DNA of 64,000 nucleotides from Nitriliruptorales bacterium (GCA_046263195.1 JBHELG010000039.1:4906-68905); one strand, 5' to 3'. Shown: positions 1 to 9,686, counted from the first letter of the stretch. Notes: generated by a model not told the origin, from the letters alone. Made by a program: numbers and translations.

Positions 1-246
1 GACGATGAGGCGCCGGCCCTCCAGCTCGATGCTGACGTCGTTCTTCTTGACGCCGGGGAGTTCGATCTCGACGACGAATGCGTCCTCGGTCTCCTCCAGC
101 TCAGCGAACAGCGGTTGCGTGATCGTCGGGAGGGTCGGCCAGGCGTCCACCAGCGACCACATCTGACGCCGCAGCCGCTCGAACTCATCCCAAGGTTGGA
201 AGGTAGTCGCCTCCCCGTCTCGCCGCAGAACCGGCAACACGACCAT
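1..246 (-). CDS. Hsp20/alpha-crystallin small heat-shock protein, N-terminal part (3' end runs off the window)
   Basis: Absent from the ORF track because there is no stop in the window. Reverse translation from ATG at 246 gives MVVLPVLRRDGEATTFQPWDEFERLRRQMWSLVDAWPTLPTITQPLFAELEETEDAFVVEIELPGVKKNDVSIELEGRRLIV. The DAFVVEIELPGVKKNDVSIELEG stretch is a typical start of an alpha-crystallin domain. GGGAGG lies just upstream of the start. Confidence 0.75.
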   Translation of the reverse strand, partial: MVVLPVLRRDGEATTFQPWDEFERLRRQMWSLVDAWPTLPTITQPLFAELEETEDAFVVEIELPGVKKNDVSIELEGRRLIV

Positions 247-424
247 CACCTCCCTCACATCGCTCAGGACACTCACCTCCTCGAACAATGCCCAGAGGTT
301 TCTTATTCCTTTGAAAGAGGAAAGCGATGAGACCTAGGGCTGGCTGGCCTGCTGCTTCAGACGGGTTTCGGCCCGAAAGTGCCCCCCCGCTGGGCCATGC
401 GAGGGCTGGTAGCGTCCGAGCAGC

Positions 425-748
425 ATGGAGCCGGGACCGAGGGCAGTAGTGAAGGATCTGGACGACGCCCATGAGCTTGGCCTCGACGAGGCCATAGCTC
501 ATCTCTGCGCCACCGCTCTGCACCTCATGCAGCGCCACAAGAGCCCGTTCATACCGCTCGAGGTCGTCGCCGCAATGGTCGGGTGGGACGCGGAGACTGC
601 CGGTGTCGTGGTGGACGCGTGCATCGCGGGTGAGCCGGTCGTCTTCGGGTCGTTGCGAGCGGACTGGATGTTCGAGGGCGACCGTCCTGCTTATGGGGCG
701 AGTGGTGCCCGATTCATCGGCATTCGTCCCGTGGTGCAGAACGAGTAG
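425..748 (+). CDS. hypothetical protein (107 aa), divergent from hsp20
   Basis: ORF-track entry with no family motif I recognise. Composition is plausible, but this could be a chance ORF in high-GC DNA. Confidence 0.3.
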   Translation: MEPGPRAVVKDLDDAHELGLDEAIAHLCATALHLMQRHKSPFIPLEVVAAMVGWDAETAGVVVDACIAGEPVVFGSLRADWMFEGDRPAYGASGARFIGIRPVVQNE

Positions 749-775
749 GGCTGGGCCAGCGAGTGCGCTGGCGAT

Positions 776-2236
776 TCAGATGTCTCCACGATTGCGTGCG
801 ATCGCGTTTCGTGCCGCTTCGAGTTGCACGACGACCGCGGCGGTGGCCGTTCCGAGGCTGCTGGCGCGCCGTTCTACCGCCTGGCGGATGTCGAGCAGCT
901 CAGTTATTGAGGAGTCGAGGGCCGGGTGGGCGGCCTCGAGCTCAGCTGCGTCGAGCGTCTCCAGGCCACCGTCACGACTTTCGGCAAGCCTGACAAGCCC
1001 GCCTATGACGTCGTGAGCCTCGCGGAAAGGAACGCCGCGTCGGACGAGCTCCTCTGCAAGGTCGGTGGCGAGTGAGAACCCGCCCGCTGCGGCGTCCTCG
1101 AGCCGCTGACGATCGAACCGCAAGGATCTCACCATGCCGGTGGTGGCACCCAGGCACAGCGCAAGGGTGTCCGCGGCTTCGAACAGAGGCTCCTTGTCCT
1201 CTTGAAGGTCACGGTTGTAGCTGAGCGGCAGTCCTTTGACCGTGGTGAGGAGGGCCACGAGTCTGCCCACTACCCGCCCCGTCTTGCCGCGTACGAGCTC
1301 GGCCACGTCGGGGTTGCGCTTCTGAGGCATCATCGACGAGCCGGTCGAGAAGGCGTCGCCGACTCGGACGAAGCCGAACTCACTCGTGCTCCAGAGCACG
1401 ATCTCCTCGCCCAAGCGTGACAGGTGACTGGCGAGGATGGCCGCGGCCGCCAACCACTCGAGCGCGAAGTCGCGCGCCGCCACCCCATCGATCGAGTTCG
1501 GCGCCACTCGTGCGAACCCGAGCGCCTCGGCGTAGGCGGCGGGGTCGAGCGGCAGGGTCGTCCCAGCCAGGGCGCCGGCGCCGAGCACCGACTCATCGGC
1601 CCGGCTCGCCGCGGCACGCAGCCGCGCCACGTCACGGTCGAGTGGCCAGACGTGGGCGAGCAGGTGATGACTCAGGAGTATGGGTTGACCGCGCTGGAGG
1701 TGGGTGTAACCGGGTGACACCCAGCCGAGGTGAGTCTCGGAGAGGTCGACCAGAGCCTCCTGCAGGTCCGCCACGAGCAGTCGTATCGTCGAGCTCTCGT
1801 CCTTGACCCATAGCCGCAGGTCGTTGGCGATCTGGTCGTTGCGCGAGCGTCCGGCTCGCAGCTTGCCTCCGAGCGGGCCGAGCCGCTCGATGAGCCAGCG
1901 TTCGACGGCCCCGTGGAGGTCCTCGTCACTGGGACGCCAAGGGAACGCGTCCTGCACGAAGAGCTCCGCGCACTCGTCGAGCGCCTGCTCGATTTCCAGG
2001 CCCTCGCCCGCCGCCAGCAGCCCGGTCCGTACCAGCTCGCGGGCATGGGCCTTGGCGCCGGCCAGCTCCTGCCGCCACAGCCTGCGATCGAATGCGGTCG
2101 ATACTCCGAGCCGCCAAGCGGCCTCGGCGGGCTGTTCGGCGAGGCGTGCTCCCCACAGCCGCCCCGGCGTCGCTTCAGCCCTCGGCGGCGCCGAGTGCTC
2201 ATCGCGCCCAGGTCGCCTGACCTCATCCTCGCCCAC
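776..2236 (-). CDS. argH: argininosuccinate lyase
   Basis: Lyase-1 signature SSMMPQKRNPD and N-terminal LWGARL...FDRRLW pattern. The GTG start lies 1 nt after the argG stop. Confidence 0.9.
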   Translation of the reverse strand: MGEDEVRRPGRDEHSAPPRAEATPGRLWGARLAEQPAEAAWRLGVSTAFDRRLWRQELAGAKAHARELVRTGLLAAGEGLEIEQALDECAELFVQDAFPWRPSDEDLHGAVERWLIERLGPLGGKLRAGRSRNDQIANDLRLWVKDESSTIRLLVADLQEALVDLSETHLGWVSPGYTHLQRGQPILLSHHLLAHVWPLDRDVARLRAAASRADESVLGAGALAGTTLPLDPAAYAEALGFARVAPNSIDGVAARDFALEWLAAAAILASHLSRLGEEIVLWSTSEFGFVRVGDAFSTGSSMMPQKRNPDVAELVRGKTGRVVGRLVALLTTVKGLPLSYNRDLQEDKEPLFEAADTLALCLGATTGMVRSLRFDRQRLEDAAAGGFSLATDLAEELVRRGVPFREAHDVIGGLVRLAESRDGGLETLDAAELEAAHPALDSSITELLDIRQAVERRASSLGTATAAVVVQLEAARNAIARNRGDI

Positions 2237-2237
2237 A

Positions 2238-3494
2238 TCACACTCCGAGGTCGGCGCCCGACGCCATCCGCCGTGCCCATGTCTTCAGCGGCAGACCCCA
2301 CAACCTCACGAATCCCTCTGCTTGGCTGTGGTCGAAGCGATCGTCCCCGCTGTAGGTGGCGAGAGACTCGTCGTACAACCCGAACTGACTGCGTCGCCCG
2401 ATCACCGTCACGTTGCCCTTGTAGAACTCGAGCCGCACCTCTCCCGAGATGTAGCGACTCGCCTCGGCCATGAAGGCGTCTAGGGCGCGCTTCAGCGGTC
2501 CCCACCACAGACCGTTGTAGATGAGCTGGGCATAGCGCCCTTCCTGGGCGCGCTTGTGCTCGGCGAGTTCCTGCTCGAGGCAGAGGTCCTCGAGGTCGCG
2601 ATGGGCGGCCAGGAGGGTGAGTGCGGCGGGACATTCGTAGACCTCGCGGCTCTTGATGCCGACAAGGCGGTCCTCGACCATGTCGATGCGCCCCACGCCG
2701 TGCACGCCGGCACGCCGATCCACCTCGGAGACGAGTTCCGGCAGGGGCAGCTCCTTGCCGTCGACCGCCACCGGCAAGCCGTCCTCGAAACGCAGCAGGA
2801 GCTCCTCCGGCTCGTCGGGCGCCAATCGGGGATCGCGGGAGCGGGCGAAGACCTCGTCGGGCGGCTTCTGCCAGGGGTCCTCGAGAATGCCGCATTCTGC
2901 GGCCCGACCCCAGAGATTCTCATCGATCGAATAGGGGTTCGAGGTCTTGACCGGTATCGGCAGGCCGCGCTCGTTCGCCCACGCGATCGCTTCGTCCCGT
3001 GACAGGCCCCATTCGCGGATCGGCGCTTCGGAGCGCAGATCGGGTGCCAGGCACATCACCCCGACCTCGAACCGAACCTGGTCGTTGCCTTTTCCCGTGC
3101 AGCCGTGAGCCACCACGCTTGACCCCGTCTCACGAGCGACCCTCACGAGGTGGCGGACGATCAGCGGCCGCGACAGGGCGGAGACGAGGGGGTACTTGCC
3201 CATGTAGAGCGCGTTCGCCTTGATCGCCGGGGCAACGAATTCCTCGGCGAACTCTCTGCGGGCGTCCACTACGAGGGCGTCGACGGCCCCGCAGTCGAGT
3301 GCCCTCTGACGAACGTCCTCGAGGCCTGGAGCGGGGGCGCGCACGGCCGGGTCCGTGACCGCAGCAGGGGACGACTCCTGTCCAATGTCGAGGGCGAGAG
3401 CGATGACCTCGAGGTCCTTGTGTTCAGCAAGCCAGCGGATGGCCACCGAGGTATCGAGGCCGCCGGAGTAGGCGAGGACGCAGCGTTCAGCCAC
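2238..3494 (-). CDS. argG: argininosuccinate synthase
   Basis: N-terminal AYSGGLDTS ATP-binding motif; 418 aa; arg operon context. Confidence 0.95.
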   Translation of the reverse strand: MAERCVLAYSGGLDTSVAIRWLAEHKDLEVIALALDIGQESSPAAVTDPAVRAPAPGLEDVRQRALDCGAVDALVVDARREFAEEFVAPAIKANALYMGKYPLVSALSRPLIVRHLVRVARETGSSVVAHGCTGKGNDQVRFEVGVMCLAPDLRSEAPIREWGLSRDEAIAWANERGLPIPVKTSNPYSIDENLWGRAAECGILEDPWQKPPDEVFARSRDPRLAPDEPEELLLRFEDGLPVAVDGKELPLPELVSEVDRRAGVHGVGRIDMVEDRLVGIKSREVYECPAALTLLAAHRDLEDLCLEQELAEHKRAQEGRYAQLIYNGLWWGPLKRALDAFMAEASRYISGEVRLEFYKGNVTVIGRRSQFGLYDESLATYSGDDRFDHSQAEGFVRLWGLPLKTWARRMASGADLGV

Positions 3495-3530
3495 TGCACG
3501 CTCCTTCGGTTGGAGGCGGGATGACGGCGA

Positions 3531-4001
3531 TCACGTAAGCAGGCGTCGGAAGCGGGTTGCGAGCTCGGCACCGGCGACCCCCTCCTCCGCGACGACGAGG
3601 ACCGTGTCATCGCCGGCAACGGTGGCGAGCACCCCATCGATTCCAGCCTGGTCGATGGCGCTCGCCACCGGCCCTGCTCCGGCCGGTGGCGTGCGCAGCA
3701 CGGTCAGGCTTCCGCTCGCGTCGACTCGGAGCACGAACTGGCGCATGACGGCCACGAGTTGGTCGAGCGATCCGGCCTGACTGGATTCGGTCACGAGACG
3801 GTAGACGAGTGTGCCGTCGGAGCCGCGCACCTTCACCGCGCCGATCTCGTCGAGGTCACGCGAAACGGTCGCCTGTGTCGTCATGATGCCGTTGTGGGCG
3901 AGCAGCTCGCGAGCCTGGTCCTGCGAGTGCACGTCGTGGCGGCGGAGGAGGTCGGCGAGCACCCGCTGGCGTTCGGCCTTGTCGACGGGACGGCTCATCA
4001 T
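3531..4001 (-). CDS. argR: arginine repressor
   Basis: 156 aa with a winged-helix N-terminus (TQATVSRDLDEIG) and C-terminal GDDTVLVV motif. ATGA overlap with the argF stop. Confidence 0.9.
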   Translation of the reverse strand: MMSRPVDKAERQRVLADLLRRHDVHSQDQARELLAHNGIMTTQATVSRDLDEIGAVKVRGSDGTLVYRLVTESSQAGSLDQLVAVMRQFVLRVDASGSLTVLRTPPAGAGPVASAIDQAGIDGVLATVAGDDTVLVVAEEGVAGAELATRFRRLLT

Positions 4002-4945
4002 CCAGGCCCTCCCGGCGCGCTGTCCGCGAGAAGCATGCTGAGCAGCGCCTTCTGGGTGTGCAGCCGATTCTCCGCCTGCGCGAGCACGCGGGAGGCGGGA
4101 CCGTCGATGACCTCCCCGGTCACCTCCTGGCCCCGGTGGGCTGGAAGACAGTGCAGGAAGATCGCGTCCGGGGCGGCATGCGCCATGAGCCGTGCGTCCA
4201 CCTGGTAGGGGGCGAAGCGCCGGCGTCGCTGCTCCTGCTCGGCTTCCTGCCCCATCGAGGCCCAGACGTCGGTGTACACGACGTGGGCGCCCTCGACGGC
4301 CGTCATGGGATCTAGGGTGACGAGCACGTCACCGCCAAGGTGGCGGCAGAGGGCGAGGATCTGGGGGTCAGGCCCGTAGCCGTCCGGGTGTGCCAGGCGC
4401 ATCTTCATTCCGGCCAGCGCCGCGGCGAGCAGCAGGGAGTGGGCGACGTTGTTGCCGTCTCCCAGGTACGCGAGGGTGGTGCCAGCGAGCCCACCGCGCT
4501 GCTCGCGGATGGTCTGCAGGTCGGCAAGGGCCTGGCAGGGATGCTCGTGGTCGCTGAGAGCGTTGACGACCGGGACGCTCGCGGCTACCGACAGCTCCGT
4601 CAGGCGGTCCTGTGCGAACGTGCGCACGACGAGCGCGTGGACGTAACGGGAGAGAACCTTCGCGGTGTCGGCGATCGTCTCGCCACGACCGAGTTGGAGC
4701 TCCTGGGCAGACAGCGGCAGAGGGTTGCCGCCGAGCTCCGACACCGCGACCTGAAACGACACCCGGGTTCGGGTCGACGGTTTCTCGAACACGAGGGCGA
4801 TGGTGCGCCCCCCGAGCAGTTGCGTGCCTGCCTTGCCCCCGGCGCCCCGTTCGCGCTTGAGGACGTCGGCAAGGTCGAGCAGTCGCACGAGCTCGGCGGC
4901 GTCGAGGTCGGCGACGCTGAGGAAATGCCGCAAGTCGGGTTGCAC
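3998..4945 (-). CDS. argF: ornithine carbamoyltransferase
   Basis: Motifs FEKPSTRTRVSF, SDHEHPCQ and HCLPAHRG. Confidence 0.93.
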   Translation of the reverse strand: MQPDLRHFLSVADLDAAELVRLLDLADVLKRERGAGGKAGTQLLGGRTIALVFEKPSTRTRVSFQVAVSELGGNPLPLSAQELQLGRGETIADTAKVLSRYVHALVVRTFAQDRLTELSVAASVPVVNALSDHEHPCQALADLQTIREQRGGLAGTTLAYLGDGNNVAHSLLLAAALAGMKMRLAHPDGYGPDPQILALCRHLGGDVLVTLDPMTAVEGAHVVYTDVWASMGQEAEQEQRRRRFAPYQVDARLMAHAAPDAIFLHCLPAHRGQEVTGEVIDGPASRVLAQAENRLHTQKALLSMLLADSAPGGPG

Positions 4946-4970
4946 GCTTCCGCCGATCAGTCCGCCTCCG

Positions 4971-6215
4971 CTACGCCACCGGCGTTCCTGTGGGACGGGC
5001 CGCTCGAACCGCCTCTAGGGAGGCGGAAAGCGCGGTTACCGCCAACCCGATCTCCTCGTCCGTGACCGTCAGCGGTGGAGCCAACCGGACGGCGTCAGGC
5101 CCGACCGCATTGACGATGAGAAACCGTTGGCGGCAGGCGGCTTCGACCTCCACAGCCACCCCGGCATCGAGTTCCAGGGCGAGCAGCAATCCCCTTCCCC
5201 GCACCCCGCTCGCGTACGGCACCTGTCCGACCAGGTCGAGGAGTCGCGAGGTCAGCGTCTCCCCCGCCGCGTCCGCGGCGGCAACCAGTCCTTCACCCTC
5301 CATGACGTCGAGCACAGCGAACGCTGCCGCACAGGACAAGGGGTTGCCGCCGAAGGTGGACGCGTGATCCCCGGGTTGGAAGACGTCCGCGGCGCCACCG
5401 CGGGCGACGCAGGCCCCGATGGGCAGGCCATTCCCGAGCGCCTTCGCGATGGTCACCACATCGGGGGTTACCGGGGTGTGCTGCCAGGCGAACCACTTGC
5501 CAGTTCGGCCCATGCCCGTCTGCACCTCGTCGATGATGAGCAGCGCTCCGTGGCGGTCGCAGGACTCCCTGGCCGCGACGAGCACGGCGTCGGATACCGG
5601 ACGCACGCCTCCCTCACCCTGGACCACTTCGAGCAGGACGGCGCAGGTGTCTTCACCCACGGCCGCGCGCAACGCCTCCGGGCTGTCGAAGGCGACGTGG
5701 TCGACGTAGCCCGCGAGAGGTTCGAACGGCTCATGCTTCGCCAGCTGACCGGTCGCCTCGAGCGTTGCGAGGGTGCGGCCATGAAAGGACCCCTCGAGGG
5801 TCACGACCCGGTACTTCCCGGGATGTCGCTCACGTCCGTGGCGACGAGCCAGCTTGATCGCGGCCTCGTTCGCCTCGGCCCCGCTGTTGCAGAGGAAGGC
5901 CTTGCCGTCGGGCCAGCCGAGGACGTCAGCGAGCCGCTCCGCCAGAGCGACCGCCGGCTCGGTGAGGAAGAGGTTCGAGGTGTGCATGAGCGTCGCGGCC
6001 TGTCTGGTGACGGCCGCAGAGACCGCAGGATGGGCATGACCGAGGCTCGTCACCCCCAGCCCGCAGAGAAAGTCGAGGTACGCCCGCCCCTCGGCGTCGA
6101 ACAGAGCGGAACCCTGGCCGCGAACGAATGCGAGCGGCGGCAGCCGATAGGTCGGGAGGCCGTGCTTGGCCCAGCGGGCCTGCAAGTCGGCGAGGTGAGC
6201 GGCGGCGTCCGCCAC
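4971..6215 (-). CDS. argD: acetylornithine aminotransferase
   Basis: Class-III aminotransferase pattern (LIIDEVQTGMGRTGKWFA, TFGGNPL); arg operon context. Confidence 0.9.
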   Translation of the reverse strand: MADAAAHLADLQARWAKHGLPTYRLPPLAFVRGQGSALFDAEGRAYLDFLCGLGVTSLGHAHPAVSAAVTRQAATLMHTSNLFLTEPAVALAERLADVLGWPDGKAFLCNSGAEANEAAIKLARRHGRERHPGKYRVVTLEGSFHGRTLATLEATGQLAKHEPFEPLAGYVDHVAFDSPEALRAAVGEDTCAVLLEVVQGEGGVRPVSDAVLVAARESCDRHGALLIIDEVQTGMGRTGKWFAWQHTPVTPDVVTIAKALGNGLPIGACVARGGAADVFQPGDHASTFGGNPLSCAAAFAVLDVMEGEGLVAAADAAGETLTSRLLDLVGQVPYASGVRGRGLLLALELDAGVAVEVEAACRQRFLIVNAVGPDAVRLAPPLTVTDEEIGLAVTALSASLEAVRAARPTGTPVA

Positions 6216-6226
6216 ACGAGCTCCGA

Positions 6227-7201
6227 TCAGTCAGGGTGTCCGGGGCGCGGCCAGGCTCCGCGGTGGGGACCGGGCCCGCGCCAGTCGCCGGTGCCGTTCG
6301 TCGTGAGCCCGGCGGTGATCATGGTCCCGACCCCCTCGTCGGTGAAGATCTCCAAGAGGATCGCATGGAGCACGCGGCCGTCGATGATGTGCGCGCGAGG
6401 GACGCCGTCCTTCAGCGCCGCCACGATAGAAGTAACCTTCGGACGCATCCCCGCTCCGACCTCGCCTGAGGCGAGCATCGCCTCGAGCTCGTCGAGTCTC
6501 ACCTCGCTCAGCAGGGAAGAGTCGTCACGCACGTCCCGGTACAAGCCGGCGACGTCCGTCAGGTAGACGAGCTTTGCCGCGCCGAGCGCGGCGGCGATGG
6601 CCCCGGCCGCAAGGTCAGCGTTTACGTTGCGGTCGACTCCGTCGCGGTCGCGACCCACGGTTGCTACCACCGGCAGGAAGCCGTCGGCGAGCAACCGGCG
6701 CACCAACGTCGGGTCGACGTCCTCGACCTCGCCCACCCGGCCGAGGTCCTCCCCCCCAGGCCCTCGGGCTGGCCTCAACGTCAGGAGCTTGCCGTCGGTC
6801 CCCGCCAGCCCGACCACCGGTGCGCCCGCAGCCTGGACGAGGCCGACGAGTTCCGGGTTGATCCGTCCCAGTAGGACCATTCGGACGACATCCATGGTCG
6901 CTTCGTCGGTGACCCGCATCCCACCGACGAAGGTCGTGGGCAGTCCGAGCCGGCCGGAGACCTCGCTTATCTGCGGGCCGCCCCCATGGACCACGACCGG
7001 GCGCAGCCCGACGAAGTGGAGAAGCGCCACGTCTGCGGCAAAGGAGCGCTTCAGGTCTTCGTCACTCATGGCGCTCCCGCCATACTTGATCACGACCGTC
7101 TCGCCGTGGAAGCGGGTGATCCATGGCAGCGCCTCGCGCAGCACCGCAGCCTTCGCTTGGGCGGTGCTCGCGAGGATGTTGGGGGGGGTGACCGCTGCCA
7201 T
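6227..7201 (-). CDS. argB: acetylglutamate kinase
   Basis: The ORF-track entry (to 7816) was trimmed to ATG at 7201, which follows AAGGAGGA by 6 nt. VVIKYGGSAM motif. The removed N-terminal part is Arg-rich and overlaps argJ. Confidence 0.9.
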   Translation of the reverse strand: MAAVTPPNILASTAQAKAAVLREALPWITRFHGETVVIKYGGSAMSDEDLKRSFAADVALLHFVGLRPVVVHGGGPQISEVSGRLGLPTTFVGGMRVTDEATMDVVRMVLLGRINPELVGLVQAAGAPVVGLAGTDGKLLTLRPARGPGGEDLGRVGEVEDVDPTLVRRLLADGFLPVVATVGRDRDGVDRNVNADLAAGAIAAALGAAKLVYLTDVAGLYRDVRDDSSLLSEVRLDELEAMLASGEVGAGMRPKVTSIVAALKDGVPRAHIIDGRVLHAILLEIFTDEGVGTMITAGLTTNGTGDWRGPGPHRGAWPRPGHPD

Positions 7202-7254
7202 CGACCGTCCTCCTTTGGCTGCTTCCATTCGCCGTCGCACCGCGTTCGCGGGCG

Positions 7255-8544
7255 TCACGTCGTGTAATAGGCGTTCTCGGCGACGTAGTTGGGGGTGAGG
7301 TCGGCGGTGAGGAAGCTCGCCTCGGCCGGCCCGAGACCAAGGTCGACCGTGACCTCGACGGCTGGTCCGGCCAGGAGCGCCGCCACCTGCCCCCGGTCGA
7401 AGGCGGTGGCGACACCGAAGCGGCAGACCGTGATCGCCTTGCTCGCACCCTGCCCGTCGGGGCCGGGCGTCCCGCCGATCCCAAACGTCACCGTCACCCG
7501 CTCGGGGTCGAATTCGACACCTGACGAGCCCATGGCGGCGAGGACTCGCCCCCAGTTGGGGTCGGCGCCGTGGAGGGCAGCACGCACGAGCGTCGAGGAC
7601 ACGATGGCCCTGGCGAGAGCCAGGGCGTCGCCCTCGCGGGTTGCTCCGGTCACTCGGATCTCGGCGACCTTGGATGTGCCTTCCCCGTCCTCGACCACGG
7701 CACGGGCGAGGTGTGCGCACACGGCCTCGAGTGCCTCGCGGAAGGTCGCAAGGGTCGGGGGATGAGGTTCGCGTCCGTTGGCCAGCACGATGACGGTGTC
7801 GTTGGTCGACGGACACATGTCGACGCTGATGCGATTGAAGGTGCGCGCCACGACTTGGCGGACCATCGGGCGCAGCACCGCCGGGGTGATCGGCGCGTCG
7901 GTGGCGATGACCGCGAGCATGGTCGCCATGGTCGGGGCGATCATGCCCGACCCCTTGGCCATGCCTCCGATGACGCAGGCACCGGCCGTGTCCTCGACCC
8001 GGACCGCCACCTCCTTGGTCCTCGTATCCGTCGTGAGGATCGCGCGGGCAGCGCGTGGCCCCCCGTCGGATGACAGATCGGCGATGACCGCGGGGATGCC
8101 AGCCAGGAGCTTGCTCAGCGGCAACGGCACACCGATGATGCCGGTCGAGCAGACGAGCACATCGGCGGGGTCGACGTCGAGAGCGCTCGCCACCGCTTCA
8201 GTCGTCGTCTCCGCGTCGCGGAGCCCGTTCGGGCCGGTGCACGCGTTCGCGTTGCCGCTGTTCACCACCACGGCACGAGCCGAACCGTTCGCGACATGGT
8301 GGGCGGTGACGAGACACGGGGCGGCCTTCACGCGGTTCGTCGTTATCGTCGCCGCAGCGGCTGCAGCGCAGTCGGAGACGACCAGGGCCAGGTCCTCCCG
8401 GCCGGAGGCCTTCATGCCGGTAGCCACTCCCCCCGCCCGGAAGCCACGTGCAGCGGCGACGCCCCCCGTGACAGGGGTGAGGCCGGGATGGTTGCCCGGG
8501 TCGAACATGACTGCTCCTTCACCGCGTGGAGCGGTGATGCTCAT
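7255..8544 (-). CDS. argJ: bifunctional ornithine acetyltransferase / N-acetylglutamate synthase
   Basis: GMAKGSGMIAPTMATML autoprocessing-site region; ATGA overlap with the argC stop. Confidence 0.92.
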   Translation of the reverse strand: MSITAPRGEGAVMFDPGNHPGLTPVTGGVAAARGFRAGGVATGMKASGREDLALVVSDCAAAAAATITTNRVKAAPCLVTAHHVANGSARAVVVNSGNANACTGPNGLRDAETTTEAVASALDVDPADVLVCSTGIIGVPLPLSKLLAGIPAVIADLSSDGGPRAARAILTTDTRTKEVAVRVEDTAGACVIGGMAKGSGMIAPTMATMLAVIATDAPITPAVLRPMVRQVVARTFNRISVDMCPSTNDTVIVLANGREPHPPTLATFREALEAVCAHLARAVVEDGEGTSKVAEIRVTGATREGDALALARAIVSSTLVRAALHGADPNWGRVLAAMGSSGVEFDPERVTVTFGIGGTPGPDGQGASKAITVCRFGVATAFDRGQVAALLAGPAVEVTVDLGLGPAEASFLTADLTPNYVAENAYYTT

Positions 8545-9686
8545 GGGTAGACGCCGACCGCGGTCAGCCCGAGTGCCTCCTCGAGGCCCAGGAGGAGGTT
8601 CGCGTTCTGCAGCGCCTGACCTGCGGCCCCCTTGCCCAGGTTGTCGATCGCGCTCGTGACCACGACCCGGTGGGTCCGTTCGTCGACGACGGCGGAGATT
8701 TGGCAGCCGTTGCAGCCTGTCAGGGCCTTGGTGTGCGGGAAACGACCCGGCGGCAGCACGCGAACGAATGGTTCGCCGGCATAGCGGTCAGCCAAGGCCG
8801 CCGTCACCTCAGCGGGCGTGATGTTCTCACGCAGCTGCGCGTAGCACGTGGCCAGGAGCCCTCGTGCCATGGGGACGAGATGTGGCGTGAACGAGACCGG
8901 TCCGAGCTCCCAGCCCCCGAACTCGTCGAGCCAACGCTCGATCTCGATGGTGTGGCGGTGGGTGGGTGCGCCGTAGGCGGCGACGTCATCATGGACATGC
9001 GGGTGGTGCAGGGACTCCTGGAGGCGTCGCCCGGCTCCGGAGGTCCCGGACTTCGCGTCGACGACGATCGTGCCGGGCAGTACCAGCTCGGCAAGGGGCA
9101 GCAGTGCGAGCAGTGCCGCGGTCGGGTAGCAGCCGGGGTTGGCGACGATGGTGGCGCCCCGGATGGCAGGCCGGTTCCACTCGCTCAACCCGTAGACGGC
9201 CGGGGCGCCTTGGGCGGGCGCGGTCTTGGGTTGCCCGGGGAAGGACTGCAGGCCCGGAGGGCGGGGACTGACGAGACCGCGGGGGGGACGAGTACGCGAC
9301 CCGCTCGTGCCACCTGTGCGAGGGGCGAGGTCGGGATGGAGGTGGGACTCGCCGTACCAGACGGCGAAGTCAGCAGGATCGAGACGGAAGGCGGCGGACA
9401 GGTCCACGACCGGGGTTCCCGTCTCGTGCAGGGCCCCTGCCAGCTCCATCGCGGCTGCATGTGGTGTCGCCAGGAAGATGAGATCACAATCCGCGAGCGC
9501 CTCAACCTCGGGTGTGACGAACACCGCGTCGTCGTCGAGGTTCGGGAAGAGTTGGGCCACCGACTCGCCCACCTGACGGTGTGCGGCCACGACGGCGACT
9601 TCGAGGGCGGGATGTCCGCCGAGCAGGCGCAGCAGCTCCGCGCCCCCGTAGCCCGAGGCGCCAACTACCCCGACGGTGTGGGCCAT
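8541..9686 (-). CDS. argC: N-acetyl-gamma-glutamyl-phosphate reductase, carrying an approximately 42-codon repeat-derived insertion
   Basis: Start trimmed to ATG at 9686 (GGGAAGGA 5 nt upstream; MAHTVGVVGASGYGG NAD-binding motif). Catalytic PGCYPTA present. An extra segment lies between HLHPDL and AVYGLSEW. Confidence 0.9.
   Translation of the reverse strand: MAHTVGVVGASGYGGAELLRLLGGHPALEVAVVAAHRQVGESVAQLFPNLDDDAVFVTPEVEALADCDLIFLATPHAAAMELAGALHETGTPVVDLSAAFRLDPADFAVWYGESHLHPDLAPRTGGTSGSRTRPPRGLVSPRPPGLQSFPGQPKTAPAQGAPAVYGLSEWNRPAIRGATIVANPGCYPTAALLALLPLAELVLPGTIVVDAKSGTSGAGRRLQESLHHPHVHDDVAAYGAPTHRHTIEIERWLDEFGGWELGPVSFTPHLVPMARGLLATCYAQLRENITPAEVTAALADRYAGEPFVRVLPPGRFPHTKALTGCNGCQISAVVDERTHRVVVTSAIDNLGKGAAGQALQNANLLLGLEEALGLTAVGVYP
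9201..9326. repeat. hairpin-repeat family A, long form, inside argC (reverse orientation relative to the ribBA and priA copies)
   Basis: The plus strand reads GCGGTCTTGGGTTGCCCGGGGAAGGACTGCAGGCCCGGAGGGCGGGGACTGACGAGACCGCGGGGGGGAC. Its reverse complement aligns with the copies at 30302 and 36607. Boundaries were inferred from the ArgC alignment and are approximate. Confidence 0.7.

Noticed and set aside
1672-2895. Long Arg/Pro/Gly-rich ORFs overlapping annotated genes in other frames or on the opposite strand (for example 1672-2895 minus, 5127-6566 plus, 20881-21948 plus, 49180-50616 minus, 61111-62088 minus)
   Set aside because: These are typical stop-codon-poor shadow ORFs in DNA of about 70% GC. 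Their composition is low-complexity and Arg-rich. Each overlaps a gene with clear family motifs (argG/argH, argD, pheT, carA, prepilin peptidase).
6227-7816. N-terminal extensions of ORF-track entries (6227-7816, 11868-16259, 16028-17707, 18211-19221, 31736-33475, 35189-35884, 40488-41177, 42792-43796, 48736-49170)
   Set aside because: The extended parts overlap upstream genes, lack homology-like sequence and are Arg-rich. Internal starts with SD motifs or 4-nt stop/start overlaps reproduce the expected protein N-termini, so the CDSs were trimmed.
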